DNA of 52,869 nucleotides from a bacterium (GTDB taxonomy: Bacteria > Patescibacteriota > Minisyncoccia > CAIUEV01). Shown in pieces: positions 28,172 through 37,540 of the stretch; position 1 is the first letter of the stretch; every line of letters starts with the position of its first letter. The notes below the pieces were generated by a model. That model ran no database searches, was not told where the DNA came from, and saw only the letters and a program-made list of their open reading frames with translations. Where the stretch lies: assembly GCA_021779255.1 (NCBI GenBank), contig JAJYBC010000001.1:1-52869 (forward strand). The letters are read 5' to 3'. The position numbers and the translations under genes were made by a program.

Positions 28172-29932
28172 TCAAATTTTTGGTAGTTCTTTTTGAATTT
28201 TTCGGAGGAATTCTTTTTGGTTGATATTGATTGTTTGACCGGTATCGCGATGGCGAACGGCAAGATTGCCGGATTCTATTTCCTTATCGCCGATAACAAT
28301 TACGTAGGGGATTTTTTCGCTGATAGCCTGGCGAATTTTCTTACCAACACTTTCGTTTTGATTATCTATTTCTACGCGAAAATTATTTTGGAGTAATTCT
28401 TGTTGCAATTTTTGACAATATTTCCAATGTTTTTCGCTAACGGTCACAATTTTTATTTGTACTGGTGAAAGCCAAAAAGGAAAATTACCCGCCAAATGTT
28501 CGGTTAATATGCCGATAAATCTTTCTATAGAGCCAAAAACGGCAGCGTGAATCATAACCGGAGTTTTCTTCTTACCATCTTTATCAGCATACTCCAACTT
28601 GAATTTTTGAGGCAGTTGAAAGTCTAGTTGAATAGTAGCCAACTGCCATTTTCGTCCCAGTGAATCTCGCATATCAACGTCGATTTTCGGACCGTAAAAA
28701 GCGCCATCTTTTTCTTTAAGTTGAAATCGAATTCCCTCTTCCGTTAAAGCTTCGGTCAAATTTTTTTCAGCTTTATCCCAAATTTTTTGTTGTCCCAAGA
28801 AATCGTCCGGTCTGGTGGAAAGATAAAATTCCGGTTTTAAGTCGAAGGTTTTATAATAATTTTTAACCATTTTTAAAGCGGTAATAATTTCTTGTTTAAT
28901 CTGATTTTCTTTTAAGAAAATATGAGCGTCGTCCTGAGAGAGAGCTCTTAAACGAAAAAGTCCGTTTAATTCCCCGGATTTTTCGTTGCGAATAATGCGA
29001 CCTATTTCAGTGTAACGAACGGGCAATTCTTTATAAGATTTTGGTTGTGTTTGATAAATTTGGATATTAAAAGGGCAATCCATTGGTTTTAAACAGTAAG
29101 TTTCTTTTTCGTAATCAAAATGAAACATACTATCTTTATAATGATCCCAGTGACCGGATTTAATCCAAAGACTACTCTTAGCCAATTGAGGTGTTTGAAT
29201 TTCTTGATAGCCGTTTTGGTGGCGCAAACTTTTGCCGTATTTTTCCAGTTCGTTCCAAATAATCATGCCTTTGGGATGCCAATAGGCTGAACCGAGAGCT
29301 TCTTTGTGAAAACTGAAAAGATCAAGTTCGCGGCCGATTTTTTTGTGATCTCTTTTTTTAGCTTCTTCTTTCAAACTTAAAAATTTTTGAAGTTCTTTTT
29401 GGCTCTTAAAAGCCAAGCCGGAAATGCGGGTTAACATCGGATTTTTTTCATCGCCTTGCCAATAGGCGCCGGCCGTTTTCTCTAGCAAAAAGCCGATTTT
29501 TTGAAGTTCTTGCGTATTCTTAACGAGCGGACCCCGACAAAGATCTTCAAAATCGCCAAGTTGAAAGTGAGTGACTAAAATATCTTCTTTGACTTTAATT
29601 CTTTCATCTTTGCTAATTTTCTCCAAGACTATTTTGTCCAATAATTCTAATTTATACGGTTGATTTTTTGCTTTAAAAAACTCAAAAGATTCCAACCAGG
29701 GCATTGTTTTTTTTTGAAAATGGATTTTTTCTTGGATAATTTTTTCCATTACTTTTTGAATCTTTGGCAGATCGGATTCAGTGAGGGATGTTGATAGTTC
29801 TAAGTCGTAATAAAAACCATTTTCAACGGCTGGGCCAGTTCCAAATTTAACATCGGAGCCGTAAATTCTTTGAACGGCTAAGGCTAAAACGTGAGAAAGA
29901 GAGTGGCGAAGAGTTTCGATGGGAGTAGACAT
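28172..29932 (-). CDS. thrS: threonyl-tRNA synthetase
   Basis: RHSLSH, DLCRGP, GAYWQGD, RDHKKIG, KPMDCP, DDAH, GAFYGPKID, GSIERF. ATG at 29932. Confidence 0.98.
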   Translation of the reverse strand: MSTPIETLRHSLSHVLALAVQRIYGSDVKFGTGPAVENGFYYDLELSTSLTESDLPKIQKVMEKIIQEKIHFQKKTMPWLESFEFFKAKNQPYKLELLDKIVLEKISKDERIKVKEDILVTHFQLGDFEDLCRGPLVKNTQELQKIGFLLEKTAGAYWQGDEKNPMLTRISGLAFKSQKELQKFLSLKEEAKKRDHKKIGRELDLFSFHKEALGSAYWHPKGMIIWNELEKYGKSLRHQNGYQEIQTPQLAKSSLWIKSGHWDHYKDSMFHFDYEKETYCLKPMDCPFNIQIYQTQPKSYKELPVRYTEIGRIIRNEKSGELNGLFRLRALSQDDAHIFLKENQIKQEIITALKMVKNYYKTFDLKPEFYLSTRPDDFLGQQKIWDKAEKNLTEALTEEGIRFQLKEKDGAFYGPKIDVDMRDSLGRKWQLATIQLDFQLPQKFKLEYADKDGKKKTPVMIHAAVFGSIERFIGILTEHLAGNFPFWLSPVQIKIVTVSEKHWKYCQKLQQELLQNNFRVEIDNQNESVGKKIRQAISEKIPYVIVIGDKEIESGNLAVRHRDTGQTININQKEFLRKIQKELPKI

Positions 29933-29991
29933 AGAATATGGGTTAAAAATATAAGTATGAAACAAAATTTTCAATCAGAGTATCTTGTATT

Positions 29992-30013
29992 GTAGGAACG
30001 GTAGCATCTCTAC
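29992..30013. repeat. degenerate GTAG-type REP
   Basis: GTAGGAACGGTAGCATCTCTAC has GTAG/CTAC ends; intergenic. Confidence 0.4.
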
Positions 30014-30025
30014 GTTCGAATTTAC

Positions 30026-30802
30026 TTAGTAATATCGCCATTTGCTGGTGATTAAAATAATGCCGATAGCAATAAGAACCACAACCACATCTTTAGCCAG
30101 CCTGCGATTTTTTTCTTCTTTAGTTAGAAAAAACTGGGTAGTGGTGAAAAAAAGATAGTAAGTGGCGAAAAGAATAGTAGCGCTGGATCGATAACGAAAA
30201 GGAAAAAAAAGCAAACCCCAAGCAATCTCACTAGTCATAAGAGCGATAATCAAACTGGAAATGTTGATGTCGTTTTTGGTTATCTCATTTCTTTTAATGG
30301 ATAGAAAAAGTGAATGGACAAGAGTATCTCTAGAAACAATAAAACAAATTAGAGCGGAAAGAACAATCATTAACCAATCAGGAAAAACTTGTTCGGAAAA
30401 ATTAATGAAACTGGCAAAAAGTAAGTTGGAAAGGACAAAAAAAATGGAGAAGTTAACCCCACTCAAAATAGAGAGGGCGATTTTGTTAGCCGGATTATCG
30501 TTGAGGCGACCTTTGACCAAGAGGGCTAAATAAAAAAGTAAAGAAAGAAGAATAATAGCGAAATAACGCAAGCTGGGAGTTCCCATTAAGGATAAAACCG
30601 GTAGACTGGCCAGAACCAAAAGAAGAGGTAATAGAGTATTGGAAAATTTGCCGACTGCTTTTTTAGTAAAAATAAAAATAATAAAAATATTTAACAAAAT
30701 GATCCACCACCAATCAAGTAAATTAGCGAAAAAATAAAGGACAAAGAAGATTAGTTCAACAAAAAAAATAGTAGCAATAAAGGGAAAAAAGCGGAAGAAC
30801 AT
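30026..30802 (-). CDS. multi-pass membrane protein, unknown function
   Basis: 258 aa, almost entirely hydrophobic. Confidence 0.75.
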   Translation of the reverse strand: MFFRFFPFIATIFFVELIFFVLYFFANLLDWWWIILLNIFIIFIFTKKAVGKFSNTLLPLLLVLASLPVLSLMGTPSLRYFAIILLSLLFYLALLVKGRLNDNPANKIALSILSGVNFSIFFVLSNLLFASFINFSEQVFPDWLMIVLSALICFIVSRDTLVHSLFLSIKRNEITKNDINISSLIIALMTSEIAWGLLFFPFRYRSSATILFATYYLFFTTTQFFLTKEEKNRRLAKDVVVVLIAIGIILITSKWRYY

Positions 30803-30920
30803 GAATATATATTAAATTGAAAATTTATTTCATTTCTTTATTATAATATCACAAAAAAGAAAAAGCCAATTGGGTTAAAATACTGATGAGCATATTACAA
30901 TACGCCTATATAGAGATAGA

Positions 30921-32180
30921 TTATTTGAGCCATTCTTTGTCGCGTAGTTTTCGATGGTAAGAGATAGCAAAGCGGTGAGCTTCGTTGCGAATTTTTTCAA
31001 TTAATTTTAAATCGAACGGAAAAATATTTTTGTGTGCAGATTTGTCGAATTTATTTTGGTCAAAATATAAATCCAATTTTTTACGAGTTGGACCTTTGGC
31101 TACGGCTAAGATCAAAATATTTTCTAATTTTATTTTTTTAAGTAACTCGGCAGCCATATTAAAATGTCCCTTACCTCCGTCTAGAACTATTAAATCGGGA
31201 TGCGGCCAGTTATGATTAAACCTTCTCGCTAAAATTTCTTGCATCATAGCAATGTCATCAATACCCTTAATATTTTTGATTTTAAATTTACGGTAGTCAG
31301 ATTTTTTAGGTTCGTTCTTCTCAAAAACAACCATTGATCCCACAGCGTAGGCGCCGGAGATATTGGAAATGTCGTAACATTCGATGCGATGTTGCCATTG
31401 TAGAGACGCCCTATAGGGCGTCTCTACAATGGCAACATCATTGATAAAATCGTCCGATAATAATGCTACATCTCGGATGTGTTGTAGGGCAAAAATTTGA
31501 TTGCGAATTTTTTGAGCTTTTTCGTACGCTTTTTTTTGGGAAAATTCTTGCATTTCTTTTTCTAATTTTTTGAGTAAACTATTTTTTTTGCCTCGTAAAA
31601 TCATTTCAATATTGCGGATATTTTTTTTATAATCTGCAGGACTAATTTGGCCGGCGTAAGGTCCGGGGCAATAACCAAGTTGAAAATCAAGGCAACCTTT
31701 TTCCGTTTTTTGTTGACCGGAATGAAAAGGAAATATTTTTTTTAAAATTCGGAGAGCCACGGAAATTTGTTTCCGAGAAGTATAAGGACCGTAAATTTTA
31801 GGCGTTGAATATTTTTTCAAATCAGTTTTTCTAACAATTATTATTCTCGGAAATTTGTCTTTTTTGGTGATCAAAAGATACGAAAAACTTTTGTCATCCT
31901 TAGCTTTAATATTATATTTCGGCTGATTTTTTTTGATTAAGTTAGCTTCCAAAATTAGAGCCTCAAGTGTATTTTGAGTCGATTGAATTTTAATTTTGGC
32001 AATTTGAGAAACCAGTTGTTCGGTTTTATTATCGTGAGCACCAGTAAAATAAGATCCGACGCGATTGCGAAGAGAAGTGGCTTTACCAATATAAATAAGT
32101 CTATTCTGGCTGTCATAAAACTTATAGATACCCGGTGATTTAGGCAGAGAGGAGACAGTTTTTTTGAGATTGAGATGCAT
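30921..32180 (-). CDS. uvrC: excinuclease ABC subunit C (short form, no C-terminal HhH)
   Basis: GIY..IYIGKA..LRNRV (GIY-YIG), RIECYDISN, PDLIVLDGG, RNEAHRFA. Confidence 0.95.
   Translation of the reverse strand: MHLNLKKTVSSLPKSPGIYKFYDSQNRLIYIGKATSLRNRVGSYFTGAHDNKTEQLVSQIAKIKIQSTQNTLEALILEANLIKKNQPKYNIKAKDDKSFSYLLITKKDKFPRIIIVRKTDLKKYSTPKIYGPYTSRKQISVALRILKKIFPFHSGQQKTEKGCLDFQLGYCPGPYAGQISPADYKKNIRNIEMILRGKKNSLLKKLEKEMQEFSQKKAYEKAQKIRNQIFALQHIRDVALLSDDFINDVAIVETPYRASLQWQHRIECYDISNISGAYAVGSMVVFEKNEPKKSDYRKFKIKNIKGIDDIAMMQEILARRFNHNWPHPDLIVLDGGKGHFNMAAELLKKIKLENILILAVAKGPTRKKLDLYFDQNKFDKSAHKNIFPFDLKLIEKIRNEAHRFAISYHRKLRDKEWLK
31388..31439. repeat. 52-bp perfect palindrome with GTAG-REP core inside uvrC
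   Basis: GATGTTGCCATTGTAGAGACGCCCTATAGGGCGTCTCTACAATGGCAACATC is its own reverse complement. Confidence 0.95.
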
Positions 32181-32195
32181 TATTTCAGTTTATTT

Positions 32196-35030
32196 TTATT
32201 TGTTCAAAAGTTTCTTTAAAAACTGGCCGGTGTAGCTTCTGGTATTTCTAGCCACTTCTTCCGGTGTACCGGTAGCTACAATTCGTCCTCCCTCTTCTCC
32301 ACCCTCCGGACCAAGATCAATAAGGTAGTCAGCCGTTTTAATTACGTCCAAATTATGCTCAATAACAATGACAGTATTGCCAGCGTTGACTAAACGATTA
32401 AGCACGTCCAAAAGTTTTTTTATATCATCAAAATGAAGACCGGTGGTTGGTTCGTCTAGGATATAGAGAGTATCGCCTCGGCCACGTCGGCTTAATTCGG
32501 AAGCTAATTTTATTCTTTGGGCTTCACCGCCTGACAAAGTGGTGGCGGATTGGCCTAGACTAATATAACCCAAACCAACTTCTTCCAAAACTTTTAGAGG
32601 CTCAAAAATTTCCGGAAAATTTTGAAAAAAATCTTTGGCTTCACTAACTGTCATAGCTAAAACTTCGGCAATATTTTTACCTTTAAATTTGATGTTTAAA
32701 GTTTCACTATTAAATCTTTTACCGCCACAAACATCGCAAGGTAAATAAACGTCAGGCATAAATTGCATTTCTATTTTGAGAAAACCTTCTCCTCGACAGT
32801 TATCGCAACGACCGCCTCTAACGTTAAAAGAAAATCGACCAAGTGAATAGCCGCGAGCTTTTGCTTCTTTACTGCTGGCAAAAAGTTTACGAATAGCCGT
32901 AAAAAAGCCGGTGTACGTGGCGGGATTGGATCGAGGAGTACGACCAATTGGAGATTGATCAATCATAATAACTTTTTTTAGATTCTCGACGCCCATGATT
33001 TCTTGATAATGACCTGGTCTTTCCAAAGAGCGCATAATTTTGGCCGACAAAGCTTTATATAAAATTTCTTCAACCAGAGTTGATTTCCCGCTACCACTAA
33101 CGCCGGTGACACAAGTCAAAACTTTCAAAGGAAAACCAACAGAAAGATGGCGCAAATTATTTTCAGAGGCTCCTTTGATGGTAATTATTTTTTTATTCTT
33201 AATATTGCGACGAAATTTGGGAATCTCAATAGAAATTTCGTGACGTAAATATTGGGCGGTAATGGATTTTTTGTTTTTGAGAATTTCTTTTAGGCTTCCT
33301 TCGGCGATAACTTCCCCGCCTAGTTTTCCAGCTCCTGGGCCGATATCAACAATATGATCGGCCGATAAAATAGTTTCTTCGTCGTGTTCAATAACTATTA
33401 AAGTATTGCCAAGCGAGCGTAGCTGGTGCAGAGTATTTAGTAATTTGCTGTTATCGCGAGCATGCAAACCAATGGAAGGCTCATCTAAAACATAAAGAAC
33501 ACCAACCAGTTGAGAACCGATTTGAGAGGCTAGACGGATTCTTTGCGATTCTCCACCCGCCAAAGTATTGGCTGAACGGTTAAGAGTTAAATAAGAAAGA
33601 CCGACGTTATTTAAAAAACCAAGACGATTTTTTATCTCCTTAATAATTTTATCGGCGATTATTTTTTCTTTGTCAGTGAGCGTTATTTTTTCAAAAAATT
33701 TTAAAGATTGGTCAATACTTTGATTGGAAATTTCGTAAATATTTTTTTCGTGAACTGTCACCAGCAGAGCTTCTTTCTTGTAGCGAGAGCCACCACAGAT
33801 TGAACAAGGTTTTTGAGACATATATTTTTCAATATCTTGGCGCACGGCGTCTGATTGAGTTTTAAAATAACGATCTTCCAGAAAGCCGATAATTCCCCGC
33901 CATTGTAAATTAAAATTCCAAGAAGAGCCGGTTTTGGAATGAAATTTAACCAAAAGCTTATCGGTTGGGTTGTTGCCATAGAAAAGAAGTTTTTTTTGAT
34001 AAGCGGGTAAGTCGTTTATTCGAGCATTTTCCGGAATATTATAAAATTGAGTGACGGCTCGCAAAATTGTTCCTTGATAATTATTTTTTTTATAACTCCA
34101 AGGCATAATGCCTCCCTCGGCAATAGTTTTACTTTGGTCAGGAATAAGCAAGCGCAAATCAATTTCTTTTTTGAGGCCCAGACCTTCACAGGCACTGCAG
34201 GCGCCGAAAGGACTATTAAAAGAAAAAAGACGGGGCTCTAGTTCGGGAAATTCAATCTCGTGAATAGGACAAGCTAAATTTTGATTATAAATTTGTTCCT
34301 GTTTCTGACTCTTGATTTTAAGTAAACCACCCGATAATTTTAAGGCCATTTCTACCTCTTCAAATAAACGGGAAAGATTGTCTTCCTCAATTTTAAACTC
34401 ATCGATTAGGATATCGATTCGATGTTTTTTATAGCGAGCCAGTTTGATTTTAGCAATTTCGCTTTTTTCTTCCAGAAAATAAAATTTGTTATCTATGTAA
34501 ATTTGACGAAAACCGCGATCCCACATTTCTTCGAGCAAAGTAGAATACTCGCCTTTGCGCGATCGAACAACGGGCGAAATAATTTTAATTTTTTGTCCAC
34601 TGCCTAAATCTAAAATTCTTTCAATAATTTCGTCGAGAGATAATTGTTTGATTTCTCGACCGCAAATGGGACAGTGAGGAATGCCGATTTTGGCGTAAAG
34701 CAAGCGTAAATAATCGTTAATTTCCGTCACTGTGCCAACAGTCGAGCGAGGGTTGTGGGAAGTCGATTTTTGATCAATGGAAATAGTGGGACTCAGTCCT
34801 TCGATATAGTCAACGTCCGGTTTGTCCATCTTGCCTAAAAATTGGCGAGCATAGCTCGATAAACTCTCTAGGTACCTTCGCTGACCCTCGGCAAAGATAG
34901 TGTCAAAGGCTAAAGTTGACTTGCCGGAACCGCTTAGTCCGGTAAAAACGATAAATTTATCTCGCGGTAAAACGAGATCAATATTTTTGAGATTATGCTC
35001 TCTGGCACCTTTTACAACAATATTCTGCAT
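32196..35030 (-). CDS. uvrA: excinuclease ABC subunit A
   Basis: GAREHNLKN, GLSGSGKS, zinc fingers, LAGGESQR, GVSGSGKS, LSGGEAQR. ATG at 35030. Confidence 0.98.
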   Translation of the reverse strand: MQNIVVKGAREHNLKNIDLVLPRDKFIVFTGLSGSGKSTLAFDTIFAEGQRRYLESLSSYARQFLGKMDKPDVDYIEGLSPTISIDQKSTSHNPRSTVGTVTEINDYLRLLYAKIGIPHCPICGREIKQLSLDEIIERILDLGSGQKIKIISPVVRSRKGEYSTLLEEMWDRGFRQIYIDNKFYFLEEKSEIAKIKLARYKKHRIDILIDEFKIEEDNLSRLFEEVEMALKLSGGLLKIKSQKQEQIYNQNLACPIHEIEFPELEPRLFSFNSPFGACSACEGLGLKKEIDLRLLIPDQSKTIAEGGIMPWSYKKNNYQGTILRAVTQFYNIPENARINDLPAYQKKLLFYGNNPTDKLLVKFHSKTGSSWNFNLQWRGIIGFLEDRYFKTQSDAVRQDIEKYMSQKPCSICGGSRYKKEALLVTVHEKNIYEISNQSIDQSLKFFEKITLTDKEKIIADKIIKEIKNRLGFLNNVGLSYLTLNRSANTLAGGESQRIRLASQIGSQLVGVLYVLDEPSIGLHARDNSKLLNTLHQLRSLGNTLIVIEHDEETILSADHIVDIGPGAGKLGGEVIAEGSLKEILKNKKSITAQYLRHEISIEIPKFRRNIKNKKIITIKGASENNLRHLSVGFPLKVLTCVTGVSGSGKSTLVEEILYKALSAKIMRSLERPGHYQEIMGVENLKKVIMIDQSPIGRTPRSNPATYTGFFTAIRKLFASSKEAKARGYSLGRFSFNVRGGRCDNCRGEGFLKIEMQFMPDVYLPCDVCGGKRFNSETLNIKFKGKNIAEVLAMTVSEAKDFFQNFPEIFEPLKVLEEVGLGYISLGQSATTLSGGEAQRIKLASELSRRGRGDTLYILDEPTTGLHFDDIKKLLDVLNRLVNAGNTVIVIEHNLDVIKTADYLIDLGPEGGEEGGRIVATGTPEEVARNTRSYTGQFLKKLLNK

Positions 35031-35049
35031 AACAATGTCTTTTTTTATT

Positions 35050-35469
35050 CTACTTAATAATTTTCCCAATAGCCTTCATAAATTCTTCAAAGTCTCCCAA
35101 ATTATTTTTCGAATAATCAAATATTAACTCGTTATCAGCTTCCCAGTATTGATGAATGAGTTTATTCCTGAATCTGGCCATTTCCTTGAGTCTCTTGGCC
35201 AGCTTCTTACTAATTGATTTTTCTTTTTCTAAAACTTCAAAACACTCTCCAAAAGAAGAAACGCCCTTATTATATTTTTTGGCAGCGACGTGGGCGCAAA
35301 CACTGCCAGTTGCTTCGACAGCTTGAATTAAATAATATTTAACGGCGGCCATATTTTCTTTTTTTGCCCAAAAATCCTTTTTGGGCACACTCGTTAATCT
35401 TTTAATTTCTGACAAGGATTCGTTAATTTCGGAAAATCTTTTTTTAATTTTAGCTTTTTCTAGATTCAT
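35050..35469 (-). CDS. HEPN RNase toxin (DUF86/HepT-like)
   Basis: FRNKLIHQY matches R-x4-H-x-Y; downstream of an MNT gene. Confidence 0.88.
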   Translation of the reverse strand: MNLEKAKIKKRFSEINESLSEIKRLTSVPKKDFWAKKENMAAVKYYLIQAVEATGSVCAHVAAKKYNKGVSSFGECFEVLEKEKSISKKLAKRLKEMARFRNKLIHQYWEADNELIFDYSKNNLGDFEEFMKAIGKIIK

Positions 35470-35479
35470 TTTGTGAAAA

Positions 35480-35926
35480 TTATTGATAAGAAAGTTCTCC
35501 TAGTGACTGTAGAGAGATAAGTTCATTTTTCAAAGATTCTAAGGAAGTTTTTTCTATCATTTCAGATAATAAATTTTTATCTCCGGTAAACAATAATTTT
35601 CCTTGAGAAAAAACATTAGAAAAAAAGTAGTTAGGTGAAAAATTTAAAATCCGAGTGTCGATTTTATCGAAAGAAATCTTGATTTCTTTACTAATTTTGT
35701 CGGCAATTTTTGCTTCTAATTTTATTAGATCATTTTTGTTGATAGAGCCAGGGGGGGTGATATAGACAGCAACGTCTATATCACGTGGATTAGAAGAATA
35801 GAGAAAAGATCCGAAAATGTAAGCAAACAAAACTTCGTCTTCTTGTTCGAGGATTTTTTTGATTTTAGAACAAATTTCATCTTTTTCTTTGGAAGAAAAG
35901 GATAAAAATTCTTTTGAATAACTCAT
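35480..35926 (-). CDS. minimal nucleotidyltransferase antitoxin (MntA-like)
   Basis: AYIFGSF..RDIDVAV; paired with the HEPN gene. Confidence 0.88.
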   Translation of the reverse strand: MSYSKEFLSFSSKEKDEICSKIKKILEQEDEVLFAYIFGSFLYSSNPRDIDVAVYITPPGSINKNDLIKLEAKIADKISKEIKISFDKIDTRILNFSPNYFFSNVFSQGKLLFTGDKNLLSEMIEKTSLESLKNELISLQSLGELSYQ

Positions 35927-36003
35927 AATTTTTGATTAATATTGCCCTGTTCAAAATGGTAGAGTAAAAATTTGAATAATTCAATCAAATTATGTTTTAT
36001 GCC

Positions 36004-36036
36004 AAAAAAAATCCCCCGCTATAATATAGTCGAGGG
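36004..36036 (-). terminator. intrinsic terminator
   Basis: CCCTCGACTATATTATAGCGGGGGA followed by a T8 tract on the minus strand, after the 36069 gene. Confidence 0.6.
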
Positions 36037-36068
36037 TAATGTTGAGAAAAAAATTGAAGAAAATAATT

Positions 36069-36785
36069 TTAGGCGTTATCGATAGCCTGTAATTTTTTTG
36101 ACGACTTTGGGCACAAGAAGTAAATGTTATCATCCGGTGTTATTTTGCAAAGACCGAATAGATCTTCGACAGAAAGGTGAGAAATTTCCCAATCAGTTTT
36201 TTTGGAATCGTATTGTATTATCGGGATATATCTGTTTACGCACAAACCAATCGGACCATAATATTGAGCCATTGGATAATATTGAAAAAATTCTCCCCAA
36301 ATAGTTCCCGGGAAAACTATGGTTGGTCTAGTCTCTCGCCAGCCGATAGGAAAACTTTTTCTTTGCTCCAATAGACAACGAGCGTGTCGTTCTCCCAAGT
36401 TAGCGTCCAATTCTCGAGCTCTTTGGAAAATAAGACTTCTTCGATCAAGACTGATTCCGAACTTTTTTTTCATTTTCTTCTCTATTTTTACAAACCAGAG
36501 CAAATCTACTTTTACCAACTTTGTTTTACTTGGCTTTTTTAAAGCTAGACCCAAGTCTAAATTTAGCTGTGCGGCATTAGCTGTCATTTCTCGATAAAAG
36601 TCTTCTTCTTTTTTTTTAAAGATAGGAATTAAATTTAGCTCCGAGACAGAGATAGTTGAGGGTTCGGTTGTGTCGTTAAGAATTTTCCAGCCATTTTTAT
36701 CTTTGAATTGCAAAGATGGCGAAGGTAACGGTTCGGTGGAAATTCTAAATCTTTTTGCTCTGGTTTTGGAATGAACAGCACTCAT
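36069..36785 (-). CDS. hypothetical protein
   Basis: ATG at 36785 preceded by AGGAGG; no family recognised. Confidence 0.65.
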   Translation of the reverse strand: MSAVHSKTRAKRFRISTEPLPSPSLQFKDKNGWKILNDTTEPSTISVSELNLIPIFKKKEEDFYREMTANAAQLNLDLGLALKKPSKTKLVKVDLLWFVKIEKKMKKKFGISLDRRSLIFQRARELDANLGERHARCLLEQRKSFPIGWRETRPTIVFPGTIWGEFFQYYPMAQYYGPIGLCVNRYIPIIQYDSKKTDWEISHLSVEDLFGLCKITPDDNIYFLCPKSSKKLQAIDNA

Positions 36786-36885
36786 TTTAAAATCCTCCTT
36801 TTCTCGTGACAAAAATATTTGCGACAAAAAGCAGACATTGTAAAGATCTTTTGTTCTTCCCTTTTCTCACGGTTTATCCTAAATG

Positions 36886-37161
36886 TCAACAGATTTTATT
36901 TTGCTCATAAAGCTCGCTGTGCGTTCCAATGGCCATGAAAATTATTTCGTCATTCCCTTTCTCCACGTAAAGAGCTCTGACGTCGCCGGTGATATTAATA
37001 CTGTGGAGACCTTGTAGCCTACCAACAAGAATATGATTATGTAGCAACGGAAAATTTTTATTGATAGAAAAAATTGCCACTCTCGCTCGAAATTTAGTTT
37101 GAATCCCGAGCGGACATTTTCTAAGATTCTTAATAAATTTTTTGCTATAACTTATTATCAC
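36886..37161 (-). CDS. RelE/YafQ-family mRNA interferase toxin
   Basis: YSKKFIK..LHNHILVGRLQGLHSINITGDVRALY..IGTHSELY. Confidence 0.88.
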   Translation of the reverse strand: MIISYSKKFIKNLRKCPLGIQTKFRARVAIFSINKNFPLLHNHILVGRLQGLHSINITGDVRALYVEKGNDEIIFMAIGTHSELYEQNKIC

Positions 37162-37170
37162 TAAAGAAGT

Positions 37171-37467
37171 TTATTTATTATTTGCTCTGATGACTTTTTC
37201 ATCCAAAAATCTTAAAGATTCTTCTACACTACTAAATTTATGGTAATCTCCCTGTGCAATTTCTTTCTCCGACTCTTTTAGCATATCGAGCAAATATTTT
37301 GTCGGTTCTTCATACTGAGAGGAGAAAAAAACCGTTTCTGTTTCGACAAAATGGCGAAGGTAGGCATTGAGTAAACTACTCAGGCTGAAACCCAAATTCT
37401 TGGCGATTTTTTGGGCTTTCTTTTTGATTTTGAGATCGGTTTTGATACTGATTAAAGCGGAGTTCAT
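37171..37467 (-). CDS. RelB/DinJ-family antitoxin
   Basis: ISIKTDLKIKKKAQKIAKNLGFSLSSLLNAYLR (RHH); immediately upstream of the toxin. Confidence 0.85.
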   Translation of the reverse strand: MNSALISIKTDLKIKKKAQKIAKNLGFSLSSLLNAYLRHFVETETVFFSSQYEEPTKYLLDMLKESEKEIAQGDYHKFSSVEESLRFLDEKVIRANNK

Positions 37468-37488
37468 TTTTTTAAATTAAATTATTTA

Positions 37489-37524
37489 TACATACAAAGT
37501 ACATACAATGTATACACTTGTCAA
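37489..37524 (-). promoter_or_regulatory. TA promoter with operator repeats
   Basis: TTGACA-17-TACTTT; contains the palindrome TGTATACA and two direct TTGTATGTA repeats. Confidence 0.65.
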
Positions 37525-37540
37525 ATTTTAGAATTTTAAA

